Program-made: the position numbers and the translations under genes
Part shown: piece after piece, positions 1-11,437 of the stretch
Numbering within the stretch: the stretch's first letter is position 1
Layout of the letters: every line of letters begins with the position of its first letter
Notes under the pieces: model-generated
The model's database searches: none
What the model was told of the DNA's origin: nothing
The model's input: only the letters and a program-made list of their open reading frames with translations
NCBI GenBank assembly: GCA_964016885.1
Contig: OZ024747.1
Span: 78,926,001 to 78,990,000, forward strand
Source: Eledone cirrhosa
Lineage: Eukaryota
Reading direction: 5' to 3'
Length of the DNA stretch: 64,000 nucleotides

Positions 1-85
1 ATATACATATATATATACATATATATATACATATATATATATACATATATATATACATATATATTATATACATATATATATATAC

Positions 86-134
<49 letters not shown>

Positions 135-149
135 TATATACATAATATA

Positions 150-200
<51 letters not shown>

Positions 201-795
201 TATATACATATATATATTATATACATATACATATATATACATATACATATATATATTATATACATATATATACATATACATATATACATATATATATATA
301 CATATATACATATATATATATACATATATACATATATACATATACACATATATATATATACATATATATATATACATATATATATATACATATATATATA
401 TACATATATACATATACATATATACATATATATATATACATATATATATATACATATATATATATACATATATATATATACATATATATATATACATATA
501 TATATATATACATATATATATATACATATATATATATACATATATATATATACATATATACATATACATATATACATATACATATATACATATACATATA
601 CATATATACATATACATATATACATATATATATATACATATATATATATACATATATATATATACATATACATATATACATATATATATATACATATATA
701 TATATACATATATATATATATACATATATATATATACATATATATATATACATATATATATATATACATATATATATATACATATATATATATAC

Positions 796-832
<37 letters not shown>

Positions 833-1040
833 CACACACATATATATATATACACACACATATATATATATACACACACATATATATATATACACACACA
901 TATATACACACACACATATATATATACACACACATATATATATACACACACACATATATATATACACACACATATATATATACACACACATATATATATA
1001 CACACACACATATATATATATACACACACATATATATATA
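1..1040. repeat. ~1 kb compound (TA)n/(TACA)/(CA) microsatellite
   Basis: Almost pure alternating TA with interspersed CA, grading to TACACACACA units near 830-1040; source of the spurious YIYMC ORFs. Confidence 0.98.
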
Positions 1041-1145
1041 CAACAGGCTTCTGCAGTTTCCATCTACCAAATTCCACACATGCTCATGGTGCCATGCAGC
1101 TGGACTAAACACAGAACTACGGGGTTACAAAAGAAACTCATAAAC
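1041..1145 (-). mobile_element. CORE-type tRNA-derived SINE, degraded; its tail runs into the 1-1040 microsatellite
   Basis: caggcttctgcagtttccatctaccaaattcc...aaccacac..catgcctgcacct. Related copies at ~5545-5680(+), 14955-15105(-), 16694-16837(-), 19577-19715(+), 29742-29880(-), 30920-31050(-), 42113-42250(-). CORE assignment from recalled octopus OR-type SINEs. Confidence 0.7.
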
Positions 1146-1198
1146 CACACAATCATGCCTGCACCTATCTGTAATTTTGAATGTCAGTTTTTGTTTTC

Positions 1199-1367
1199 GG
1201 TAGAGTGTCGGACATGCTTTCCAGCATAGTTACGTCCCTTTACGATCTGAGTTCAAATCCCACCGAGGTTAACTTTGCCTTTCATCCTTACGGGGTTGAT
1301 AAAATAAAGTACCAGTAATATACTGGAATAATTGCTGGCCTTGTGCCAAAAGTAGAAACAATTATTA
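1199..1367 (+). mobile_element. SINE family A (tRNA head with B box, conserved central domain, (ATT)n tail), 5'-clipped
   Basis: B box GAGTTCAAATCC, central gcctttcatccttacggggttgataaaataaagtaccag, 3' ggccttgtgccaaaagtagaaacaattatt; more than 20 related copies in the window. Confidence 0.9.
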
Positions 1368-2279
1368 AAAGTGGAAAGACTCAAAAGGAAATGGAAATAA
1401 ATGGTGGAATCAGATCTCAGAACTTTAGGCTTCAACTATCAGATGACGAAGAATTGTGAAGAATGGTGGTATGTTGCATGACAAGAATTGCCCAACCCAC
1501 AAAAAAAAATCATTAAAACAAACATAAGAGAAATTGAGATATCTTTAATTTGAAGTAATATCTCCAGTTTTTGGTCCACACCCTTAATATAAGTTTCAAC
1601 TATATGTTCAAATGGTTTTATGTCAAACACAAAGAATTTCAAAATTCTAAACAAAAAATACTTCCCTACTAATTTATAAATGCTTATTTTAAATTAACAT
1701 TTCCTTTATTTTTATTTATTTATTTATTTATTTATTTATGCCTATTTTTAATATTTTAATACACTACAAATATTTATGAAATAATTCTTAGGCATTTAAA
1801 ACATTTTTTTTTTTTTCAAATTTCTTTAAAGGAAAGGAAAGGAGCAGATTGTCAAATCAAACCAAAGAAACTATGTTTCCATTGGTTTTTCGTAGCTAAT
1901 ACTATTTGCCAGCCATAACTCCTGGCCGAAGCTGGGAGGAAAGTGTGTGTGTGTGGGGGGGGGGGGGTAGATATTTTCTGTGAAATCATTATAGAATGTT
2001 AAAAGTTAAGATGAAAAACTTGAGACATTAAAACTAATTTAGAATAGTTTTACCGAAAAACAGTAAATAATTGAAAATGAAAGTCATTTCCAAATATCTA
2101 TTAGTTATAAATAGACAAAGGCATTTCCTTTTCCCTATAACGATCATCAGGTTTGTCTGTTTTTCCATGCTGGCATGGGTTGAAATCTACAGCACACACA
2201 CACACATGCAGGTGTGGGTGGTCTCCAACGTATCTCATATAAGGTGTTTCAAGCATCTTAATGATAGGGACCTCAGTCT

Positions 2280-2400
2280 TCTCATGAAATGCAATATGAA
2301 ATGAAACATCATATTCAAGAACATAACATGCCATCCAGTCCAGGAATCAAACCCATGACCTTATGATTTTGAGTTCAGCACTCTAACCACTAGGCCAAGC
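2280..2400 (-). mobile_element. SINE family C 5' portion (tRNA head)
   Basis: Reverse strand reads ggcctagtggttagagtgctg...gggtttgattcctgg (A and B boxes). Related pieces at 19160-19370(+), 28085-28190(-), 55395-55455(-). Confidence 0.65.
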
Positions 2401-2486
2401 ACTGGCATCGGTTGGACATTCAAAGAAATTATTTGTATCATTTTTCAATTTATTCTAAAAATTTATTGCTTTATAATCAATATAAA

Positions 2487-2680
2487 ATAATTGTTTCTAC
2501 TTTTGGCACAAGGCCAGCAATTACCCAATACATTACTGGTACTTTATTTTATCGACCCTGTAAGGATGAAAGGCAAAGTTAACCTCGGCGGGATTTGAAC
2601 CCAGACCGTAAAGGGACGTAACTCTGTGCTGCAAAGCATGGCATTCGACCCTCTACTGATACTGCCAATCCACCGCCCTG
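2487..2680 (-). mobile_element. SINE family A, full length
   Basis: Reverse complement of the 1199 copy plus intact head agggcggtggattggcagtatcagtagag (A box). Confidence 0.92.
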
Positions 2681-2882
2681 CAGTATCACTATTATTAACT
2701 TTAGATATTTTTTTAACCCTTTTGTTGCCCATAATTTTCGAATAATTTTGAAAATACTCTAGAAATTCTTGAGTAGACAGGTTGACATCAAAGAGGTTAA
2801 AATAGAATTCAAAGAGAAACATAGAATTTTCCCAGAAATATAATCGCTACCGTGCAACTTGTGGCAGCTTTGAAATGTCATC

Positions 2883-3192
2883 TTAACACTTCTGGTACCA
2901 AACCTCCTGAAACTGAAGTTATCATTTTAACACTTCTGATACCAAAACTCATGAAACTGCCTTGGATTAATGAGACAAAATTGCTCATTTTTAAATGTTT
3001 ATTCTAATATTAAAATCTTTCATCATAATTTTATTTTAGAAATTTTTCTTAAATGATGTTCTAAGTATGAGCTTATTATTGAAAAAGTTAGCTATTTTAT
3101 TGAATTCTTCCAAATTTTTGGTTATTTTCAAAATTAATTTTAAAAAACATAAGCAGTTTATTTCATTAGAAATATAGTAATGAAAGGGTTAA
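2883..3192. mobile_element. piggyBac-type MITE family B (TTAA-flanked), left end duplicated
   Basis: ttaacacttctggtacc...gtaatgaaagggttaa; the left ~43 bp is repeated in tandem. Relatives at 2713-2800, 9287-9496, 10190-10691, ~22850-23075, ~25690-25895, 28666-28887, 40761-41019, 53730-53958, 56608-56850, 56908-57362, 60720-60958. Confidence 0.75.
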
Positions 3193-3469
3193 TCAGTAAT
3201 TCATTGTTTCTTGAAAATAGCAAACACTTGAAACCTGATTAATTCCACTACAAAATCAGTGTAGCAAAATTATAGATTCAACTGAAAGTACAGACAATAA
3301 ACTGCTGCTTTCATAATGTGTTAAATTGTAAATAAACATGATTTTAGATATATATATATATATATATAATCTAAACTTTTGAAATCATATTCTCACACAA
3401 ATTTTATTGCTTGCAATTTCTGACACTGCCTCATTTTCCTAAATAAGAATATGAATTAATAAACAGAAT

Positions 3470-3705
3470 TAAATAAAATGTACCTAGTACATTCTGTAAA
3501 GTGGTAGTTCTGGTGCCAAAATAAAATGCATCCAGTACACTCTGTAAAGTGGTTAACATTAGGAAGATCATCCATTAGTAGAAACAAGTTTAAAACAAGA
3601 TGTATGCGTAAGACATGGTACTCAGACCTGTCTTCTCTCAGACTCTGACAAACTGCCCAACCTATGCCAATATGGAAAGCGGATGTAAAACGTTAATGAT
3701 GATGT
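3470..3705 (+). mobile_element. RTE 3'UTR-derived element, degraded, with (GAT)n tail
   Basis: Repeated aaaatgca.ccagtacactctgtaaagtgg unit, aggaagatcatcc motif, ccaacctatgccaatatggaaagcggatgtaaaacg..gatgatg tail. Confidence 0.7.
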
Positions 3706-4178
3706 TAATTAGCAGTTTTAACTAAGAAAAATTTATATATATATTTACTCAGTAGTAATCATAATCATGTCAAGAAATTAACTCTTGGATTAGAAGGAAA
3801 CAGATTCATTTGCTGATTGTAAATAAGAACTAACAATACATTTAAGGTGCTGGTAACACAAAGATACTTAGATACCCCCCCCCCCCCCCCCATAATCAGA
3901 AACACTAAGCACATAATTACAGACATTGTTATTCATCACTTGCAAATAACCAATTTAATATAAACATTGACATAAACTCGCCTATGATAACACACTGTAC
4001 AAGTAACCACACCTTCTGACCCAGGTAACCTAAAATCAGAATAGTCGTACCACATTTTACACTTATTTTAACTCTTAACATTCAGTAATAATTTAGAAAA
4101 TATTTAAAAATAGGTTTGATAATCCAAATGTTTATTATACCTTTACTGTTGGACAGATTGTTGCAAACATTTTCAGTG

Positions 4179-4407
4179 TTAACCCTTTAGCATTTACATT
4201 ACTCTCTATATACTATTATATTTTTGTGGTGAAGGCTTTATCTTACATAATTATCTCACATAATATCGAATCTATGAGATTTTGATATTATTTACTTTGA
4301 GAACAATAACTTAACGTCAGTATGAGCGGCTGGTTACAACCAATTTGAACAGAAAAAGATGAGAGAATTCTGGCCGGATATGGCCATTTTAAATGCTAAA
4401 GGGTTAA
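4179..4407. mobile_element. piggyBac-type MITE family A (~225 bp)
   Basis: TTAA|CCCTTTAGCATTTA ... TAAATGCTAAAGGG|TTAA: perfect 14-bp TIRs plus TTAA target duplication. Confidence 0.92.
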
Positions 4408-5118
4408 AGTAGAGATCTTTTTTTATGCAGCCGTTGTACATGCTGTTTTCAACTTTTCAATAATGTGTTGCTAATGTGGTTTCATGTGGTACAGGACTTT
4501 AGGAATTAATATGTGTAAATAGTTTGTAAATGAATAAGTAAAGAAAGAAACTGAGATCAAGACAACCATATTTTATACTTGTCAACTATCTTAACACTCT
4601 CCTTGTATTGTCATTCCTGAATGAGGGCTGCCTTGAGACACAACACCACCACCCTTCAGTGTTGGTACCATTATACAATGTATTTGGTATACTTGATGTA
4701 GTGAGTAACACTGAAGCAGTTACAATAGCATAGAGAAGGTTCTCCAACCCATCCCAGCATGGAAAACAGATGTGTGATGGTGGTGATGATGGTTAAGTTT
4801 ATGATGTGGTTTTATTTGCAGTGGCAAGTACTTGTGTTACTAATATTTAATAAGTTATGAATACTACAACTTCTCATTCTCTCTTTTCTCTATTAACTTT
4901 CAGAACAATTATTATTATTCATAGAGATGACTCCACATTTTACAGGATTCTAAATAGTTAATTCTAGTAATCTTTGTCACTCTACAATCCACTTTACAAG
5001 AGGTCAAGAGCATTAAGGTTTTTATTACTGACCAGTCATAATGGCTTTTTCTGGTCTTTGTGAAAAATCATTTTACTAAGATATGATTTCTTCTTTAGAT
5101 TTTAGCTATATTCATATA

Positions 5119-5329
5119 CGTGGGTATGCTGAAAAATTCATAGGCTCTGCTGATTATGAAGGAGTGATGCTAAGCTATGAAATCTTGCATTAATTTCAAC
5201 TCTTCTTATTAGTAACTGTATCGTTTGTTTTTGTTTATTTTTTCCAGTGACTGTGATGAAAATTAAACCTCTTTTTGTCATTCCATGAGAGTTTCTTGGT
5301 CGGCCGATGAACTTTTTAGCCGAACCTCA
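5119..5329. mobile_element. Tc1/mariner-type MITE
   Basis: TA|cgtgggtatgctgaaaaattcataggc ... gccgatgaactttttagccgaacctca|TA: imperfect ~27-bp TIRs with TA duplication, resembling mariner CGAGGG...AAAAGTTC ends. Confidence 0.75.
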
Positions 5330-5384
5330 TAAATAAATCTTTCACAAAAGTTGATTTGCTGACAAAATTAAATAAAGTAAAAGA

Positions 5385-5521
5385 AATAATTGTTTCTACT
5401 TTAGGCACAAGGCCAGCAATTACCCAGTACATTACTGGAACTTTATTTTATCGACCTCCGTAAGGATGGACGATATAGTTAACCTCGACGGGATTTGAAC
5501 TCAAACCGTAAAGGGACGTAG
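5385..5521 (-). mobile_element. SINE family A, 5'-truncated
   Basis: aataattgtttctactttaggcacaaggcc...gggatttgaactc. Confidence 0.88.
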
Positions 5522-5544
5522 AAATAATAATACAAAGATACTAT

Positions 5545-5872
5545 AGATGCAGGTATGGCTGTAGTTCCACTTCCACTGCACAGCAACATGGGCAACTGTT
5601 TTCTCCAATAGCCTTGGATTCACCAATCAAGGCCTTGTAAGTAAAATTTTAGACAGAAATTATATGGAAGCTCAGTATATGAGTCTATTTGAGTGTCAGT
5701 GTATGTGAGCATGAGTGTATGTGAGCGTGAGTGTATGTGAGCGTGAGTGTATGTGAGTGTATGTGAGTGTGAGTGTATGTGAGTGAGTGTGTGTGAGTGT
5801 GAGTGTGTGAGTGTGAGTGTGTGTGTATGTGTGAGTGTATATGAGTGTGAGTGTGAGTTTATGTGAGTGTGA

Positions 5873-5913
<41 letters not shown>

Positions 5914-5945
5914 TGTGTGTATGTGTACGTGTGTGTATGTGTATA
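5545..5945 (+). mobile_element. CORE-type SINE followed by (GTGA/GTAT/GT)n tail microsatellite
   Basis: gcaggtatggctgt...atgggcaactgttttct..atagccttgg...aaggccttgtaagt, then a compound GT-rich repeat 5683-5945. Confidence 0.7.
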
Positions 5946-6419
5946 TCCATATGCAAATGTGTCTGTACTTACTGTTAATGTTCCATAATTCAACAAAAGA
6001 AGAGATTGATAAATTAGGTATGAAAGTAGTAACCACAACTAGGCTAATCGAGACGCTGGTCTCCTCCGATCAATCAACCTTCTGAAACAATCGTACAACA
6101 ATGAACTAACTATCTACCTGCACCTCCCTTATGTTTTTATTGTTCTATGCACAATATGTGTGTGTATATATATATATACACATATATATATATGTGAGAG
6201 GACGTTTCAGTTTGTGGCAAAAGACATGACAACTTCTCTGCACTCGATATGTCCTTATGTAAGCTGGATACAGATCCCTCGGGCTGTCTGGGAGGTCAGT
6301 AGCCCTGATTCAGTACTGACTTGGTCTATGTAGGCCCATCCAACCCTTGATGGCAGGGAGAGCAGACGTTAAATGTTGATGATGATATATATATATATAT
6401 GTGGGTGTGTGCATTATAC

Positions 6420-6470
<51 letters not shown>

Positions 6471-6939
6471 CATATATGTATATATATAAGACATATATAA
6501 AATACAGCTCTTATGAATAGTGTGTATAGAAAAGCCAGTGAATAAATACAACACAGATATATATATAAATAACTTTCTAGTAGCAAGCAGTAATATAACA
6601 AGATTAAATTTCTAAAGATTTACAAATAGTAAAGATCAGTATTTATGAATAGTCAGGTCCCAAAATAGCACATATGAGAGACAGCAATTTCTTTTTCTCA
6701 GAGAATCAGCTGAAATAGCTTACTTCATTAAACAAAATCCTGTTTGTTGGTCATGGTCTAAATACAAATTCACTGCTTTACAAGGTTATCAGCATTAAAA
6801 ATATACATATAATGCATGTGTGTTTGTGTGTACTCACTAATCGAACACAACAGGATGGCTTGTATTTGTTTTTTCAGCATTATTACAGTACATCTGTAAA
6901 GTGATTGGCAATTGAAAAGAGACAATACAGTGTGGAGAG

Positions 6940-7212
6940 TACATGACAACCTCTCTAGTGACAGTACCACGATAAAATGCACCTCGTACATTCTGCAAGG
7001 AGCTACTGTTGGTTCCACAATAAAATACACCCGGTAAAGTGTTGGGCATGAAAAAGGTTGGGCATTCGATCATAAAATCCATGACAAAATATGGAATGTA
7101 TGAGCAAGGTATGGTTATTCAAACTGTCTTGTCTCAAACCCTGACAACCCATCCAGCCCATGCCAGCATAGAAAGTGGATGCAATGATAATGATGACGAC
7201 GATGATGATGAT
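6940..7212 (+). mobile_element. RTE 3'UTR-derived element with (GAT/GAC)n tail
   Basis: ccatccagcccatgccagcatagaaagtggatgc..gatgacgacgatgatgatg; upstream ccacgataaaatgcacc units. Confidence 0.7.
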
Positions 7213-7837
7213 TACATCCAGATTATGGTTGGAGATGTTACCAAAGTTTCTGAAACGCTGGGACCATTCACCAGTGAGTTTGATTAGTATAGAGAAAGAA
7301 TCACTAGTTGGATGCCCTCCACAGTATCTGGTCGTCAAAGCCCTTATATCCCATGTATCAACAGCACAACTGAGTTGAGCTGATAGTTAGCCTTGTCCAA
7401 CTGCAGAAGATGCTAATGCTACTATAATGAATTTTAATGTAAGACCTCTATTTCTTTTAACTCTTAATATCCTGTAATGATTTATCAGAAAATAGCTTTA
7501 AAAAATGACTTTGTTTATTCAAATGTTTGTAATTAGTGAAGAGATCATCATGAAAAGTTGCAGTAGTAAAGTAAAGAATTTAATGTTTTATGTGATGCAC
7601 TCAGTGTTGTTTTATACTTTTCAAGAATGTCATGCTAATACAGTTTCATGTAGCATTGAGCATTTAGAGTTAATAAACATACAATTTTAACTCAGCTATG
7701 AAAAACAAACAAATTGATTACAGCTCAGGTTTTAACACTTCCATAGGCAGAAAAATGTTAGATTAGTCAAACCATCTTCTAATCTTGTCAGAACTCAATT
7801 AGAGAATGTACAATTTTTTTTTTTTTTTTTTTTTTGT

Positions 7838-7955
7838 CAATCATCATCATCATTTAACATATATCTTCCACGCCAGCATGGGTTTAGACGGGAATTATCC
7901 CACTTGAGGCAAGATTGGTCGTCTTGCTCGTATAGGACTGTCTGGCAGGTTTCAA
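7838..7955 (-). mobile_element. RTE LINE extreme 3' end
   Basis: catcatcat tail plus ccacgccagcatgggtttagacggg..cccacttgaggcaag, matching the 15.9 kb and 39.2 kb copies. Confidence 0.85.
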
Positions 7956-8959
7956 TAGAGAGATAAAACTAACTTATATAGTCTAAATAGCTTATAGATT
8001 AGATTTTTAGTATGTATAAAAACTAGGACCCAGCTAAACTGGCCAGTCTCATTTGCATAAAAGTGCATACACTGACAATGTTAATTGATTTAATATATTT
8101 CAGTGTAATGCACAGTATTTGAAATGTAAAGTAATAAACATACAATGTTAGCTTCACTGTGAAAAGTTAACAGTGGTTATACCACAGGTTTTCTCTCTCC
8201 CTCTCAGTAGAAAAATCTGATCAATCTAACCAATTTCTTTATTTCAGCATAAAAACCTATGCTGTAATACCTTTGTTCACTTTTTACAGTGATGCTAAAA
8301 TTGTACGTTTATTAAAAAAGGTGTTTTACATTTCAAATTGCAAACACATATACATATACACACAATCATAAAACTTGAAATATACTGTTAGTCTATATTG
8401 AAAAGAAATGCTGAGTTTAACATACAAGTGTCTACATAGAACTAAAATATGACTACTGAAAATATTTTGAACAGAAATAATATGAAACCAATAGCCTAGT
8501 AACAGAAACAATACTAGAGAAAATAGCAAAGAGAAAATCCTGATTCCTAAATCTTATAAGAGGATATTGGTTTTAAAAATCTCATCTTTTATCAGTGAGA
8601 TTTGATGTGCTTAAGTGGATGTCAATTGCTATTATTTGTCTCAACCCCAAAATAGCCAAAATATCCAAGTTACCCTTTTTTTTGCCACATTTCTAATGAA
8701 ATACATTATTTTAATTAATTCAGGAAGAATTTGGAGGAATTATTAATTATTTCATTAAGAAGTTATTTATTACATAACAAAAGATTTATGTGTAAAATTA
8801 TACCAGAATATTTTAATTTAAATATTTTAGTATTCTAATTTAAACCTTTTGAAATGGGCAAGTCTTTTTCATGAGACCAGAAGCAGTTTTGGGAATGTTG
8901 GAATTGAATCCAGAAACATATTTCACTTTTTCCTTGTAGATGACCTGAAGCCGTAATAA

Positions 8960-9286
8960 CTACATGAAAATGCAATTGAATCACATTACTCAAAACTCCA
9001 CGGATATTGAAGTGAAATTTGGAGGGTCCAAATGTGCACTTTTGGTGGGAAAACATGGAACTTATGCTCTTAAAAAAAAAAAGAATGAAAGCAAGAAATG
9101 AATACCTCAGGAGAAACAAGTAAAAGAAATATGACTATCAACTTACAACAAACATATTGCTTACAACACCTTTGCAGTGCATATCCTAGCACTTATATTT
9201 GGTCTTCAGAATTGGTCAATACAGACATTCAATAAGATGGATGAAAGAATTGGAAAACTGCTCTGTGTTGCTGGAAATTTAGAACA
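8960..9286 (+). pseudogene. Degraded R4/Dong-like non-LTR reverse transcriptase C-terminal fragment
   Basis: Translates as QLNHITQNSTDIEVKFGGSKCA...YNTFAVHIL..IFG..NWS...KMDERIGKLL, paralleling the R4-clade pattern FS.DIGM.FG.DKCA...INT.A.P.L.Y.FG...W....LDRK.RK.L; frameshifted, cut off by a MITE at 9287. Confidence 0.6.
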
Positions 9287-10311
9287 TTAAGCTTTTGATA
9301 CCAACCCACTCAAAACCACCTCTGGTTCTATGAAACAAAACTTCCCATTTTAAAGGGTTTTTATTTAAATTGAAACCTTCTGACATGATTTTACTTTTGT
9401 TGTGTCATGTTACAAATACCATCTTTCCAAAATCTTTCCAAAACTAAAATTGAAATATACTGTATTTCATTGGAAATACAGTAACAAAAAGGTTAACACA
9501 GACATGCTATATTTCCCACACAATGAGAGCAGCCATGGCCTTAACTCTGTATTAAAATCATATAAGACTCAGATTGTAACACTGAAGCAACATCTCCAAT
9601 AGAGAAAAAAAAATAGTCAACATTTATTTCATTCAGCTGATGTTGAATGTGGCACGATTTTTAATCAAACAACATTCTGAATGACTGTGCATCGAACCAA
9701 CTTATTATCAAAACTTTTTATCGAAATAACTTTTCATATAATTATATAAAAATATTATTTTGTAAAATAATTCTAACTATAGAATAATTTTAAATATAAA
9801 ATAAATTTTTAATATAAAATAAAAATACAATTTCCGTCTAAAAATTTAATTGAAAAAAAACCCCAAAACAGTATAAGAGCTAAATTTTTCTACCTGTGTC
9901 AATTTCATAAACTAAGTGCTCCAGATCACAGAGAATTAAGTATTGGATCATTAGCGTCATTGTATCTAATTAAAATGTTCTTTAGTCATTTGTTTGCTGC
10001 ATCTTAATGACTTTTCATCAAAACTACTTTCCAAAGAATAATTCTGTGAAGACATTATTTTGTAGAATATTTTTAATGTTTGCTGCTAGTAATATTCTTT
10101 CACATACATTCTTGTTTATTTAAACTCTGTTTTATGTTGATACCACAAACTAACAGATATACTCTGTGCTCGATGCAATTAAGTATATTTTAACACTTTT
10201 GATAACTTGTCTGGCACCCACTCTGGATTTATGATAGAAAACTGCAAATTGTAAACATGTTTATCCTTATATCAAAACTTTCCATCATCAATTTATTTTA
10301 AAACATTTTTC

Positions 10312-10529
10312 TTATCCTTTAGCATTTACATTACTCTATATTTACTATTATATTTTGTGGTAAAGGCTTTACCTCACATAATTATCTCACATAATATTGA
10401 ATCTATGAGATTTTGATATATATTTTGAGAACAATACCTTAACATTAGTATAATGTTACGGCTGGTTTAAACCGAAAGAGGTGAGAAAATTCTGGCCAGA
10501 TACGGCCAGTTTAAATGCTAAAGGGTTAA
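10312..10529. mobile_element. piggyBac-type MITE family A nested inside a family B MITE (10190-10691)
   Basis: tta(t)cctttagcatttac ... taaatgctaaagggttaa; internal sequence nearly identical to 4179-4407. Confidence 0.88.
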
Positions 10530-10749
10530 GGTGGTGACCACGGTCTAATGACTGAAACCAGCAAAGGCAGTAATGTTCTATATATGAGCTTACTAATGTT
10601 ATTTTGTTGAATTCCTCCAAATATTCATTTATTTTCAAAATTAATTGATAGTCAGTATATTTCATTAAAAATAGATTAATGAAAGGCTTAATGTGTTGTT
10701 TTTTGTAAAATTCAATTTTTGGATTGAATTGTGAAAAGTTATGTAGATC

Positions 10750-11045
10750 AATGTTCTCTTGTGTGTCCATAAAATTGTCAGTAATTACCTGCACTTTTGC
10801 TTCCAAAACTGCAAAAACTGAGGCATTAATTCTGTACTAAAGTTAAATTATCAATATAGTTGTAGTCTTTGTCCTGGCATAGTGTCTGTCAGAGTTGAAT
10901 AATTTACCATCTGTGCAGTATGAGATTTGGTTGTCAGATAGGAGTTTGCTCATAGTAAGCTTGAGTATAGCTGAGAGTAAGATGGAAAAAAAGTAGGGGC
11001 AATCACACATCCATGCCTAACTCCAGTTTTCACTACAAACTCATA
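10750..11045 (-). pseudogene. RTE (BovB-like) reverse transcriptase fragment
   Basis: Minus strand gives FVVKTGVRHGCVIAPT.F..(GVKQGCVLAPTLF motif), TDGKLFN, RTKTTT..., and a decayed YADD region followed by EAKVQVITDNF. Confidence 0.75.
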
Positions 11046-11367
11046 TGATGTGGAAAACTAACATTGTACTTCTGCTCTTATGGTGTTGTGCAGAAAGACT
11101 GGCACTGCAATCTGGCTCATCTAACAAATGTTAACATAGAAAATATATATATATTCAGCAAACAGCTTGCACTAAACATTCCCTTCTACATCTGTTGATT
11201 GGAGATCTTCATTTCAGCCCAACCCAACAGTATCACTCACTCCAGAGGTACCAAGCAGCATTGATGCTATCAAGGAATATCAGGGTTTTATGGCCCACTG
11301 TGTAGTATGGTTTTTTCTTTATTATTCATGCTGCTATCTCCTGAACTATTCAGGAACTATTGTTTAT

Positions 11368-11398
<31 letters not shown>

Positions 11399-11402
11399 TA
11401 CA

Positions 11403-11437
<35 letters not shown>

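Noticed and set aside
200-1077. 287-aa and 273-aa ORFs (YIYMC repeats)
   Set aside because: Translation of a TA/CA microsatellite; the same applies to the ORFs at 5.6-6.0, 23.3-23.9, 30.2-30.5 and 32.2-32.9 kb.
1199-1367. Recurrent ~190-bp unit as a CRISPR array, tRNA gene or conserved peptide (MKGKVNLGGI)
   Set aside because: Dispersed in both orientations, with a tail and a TSD at 61.4 kb, so it is a SINE; it has no cloverleaf 3' acceptor end and no regular spacers.
2105-2162. CTGATGA...GAAA on the minus strand
   Set aside because: Stems II and III do not form coherently; TCATCAG here is part of an RTE (CAT)n tail.
9894-10060. Possible minus-strand exon ending CAG|GTAGAA
   Set aside because: Stops in all frames over the stretch, a weak donor and no recognisable homology.
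10456-10806. 116-aa ORF MEAKVQVITDNF...
   Set aside because: A chimeric read-through of an RTE RT relic into MITE sequence.
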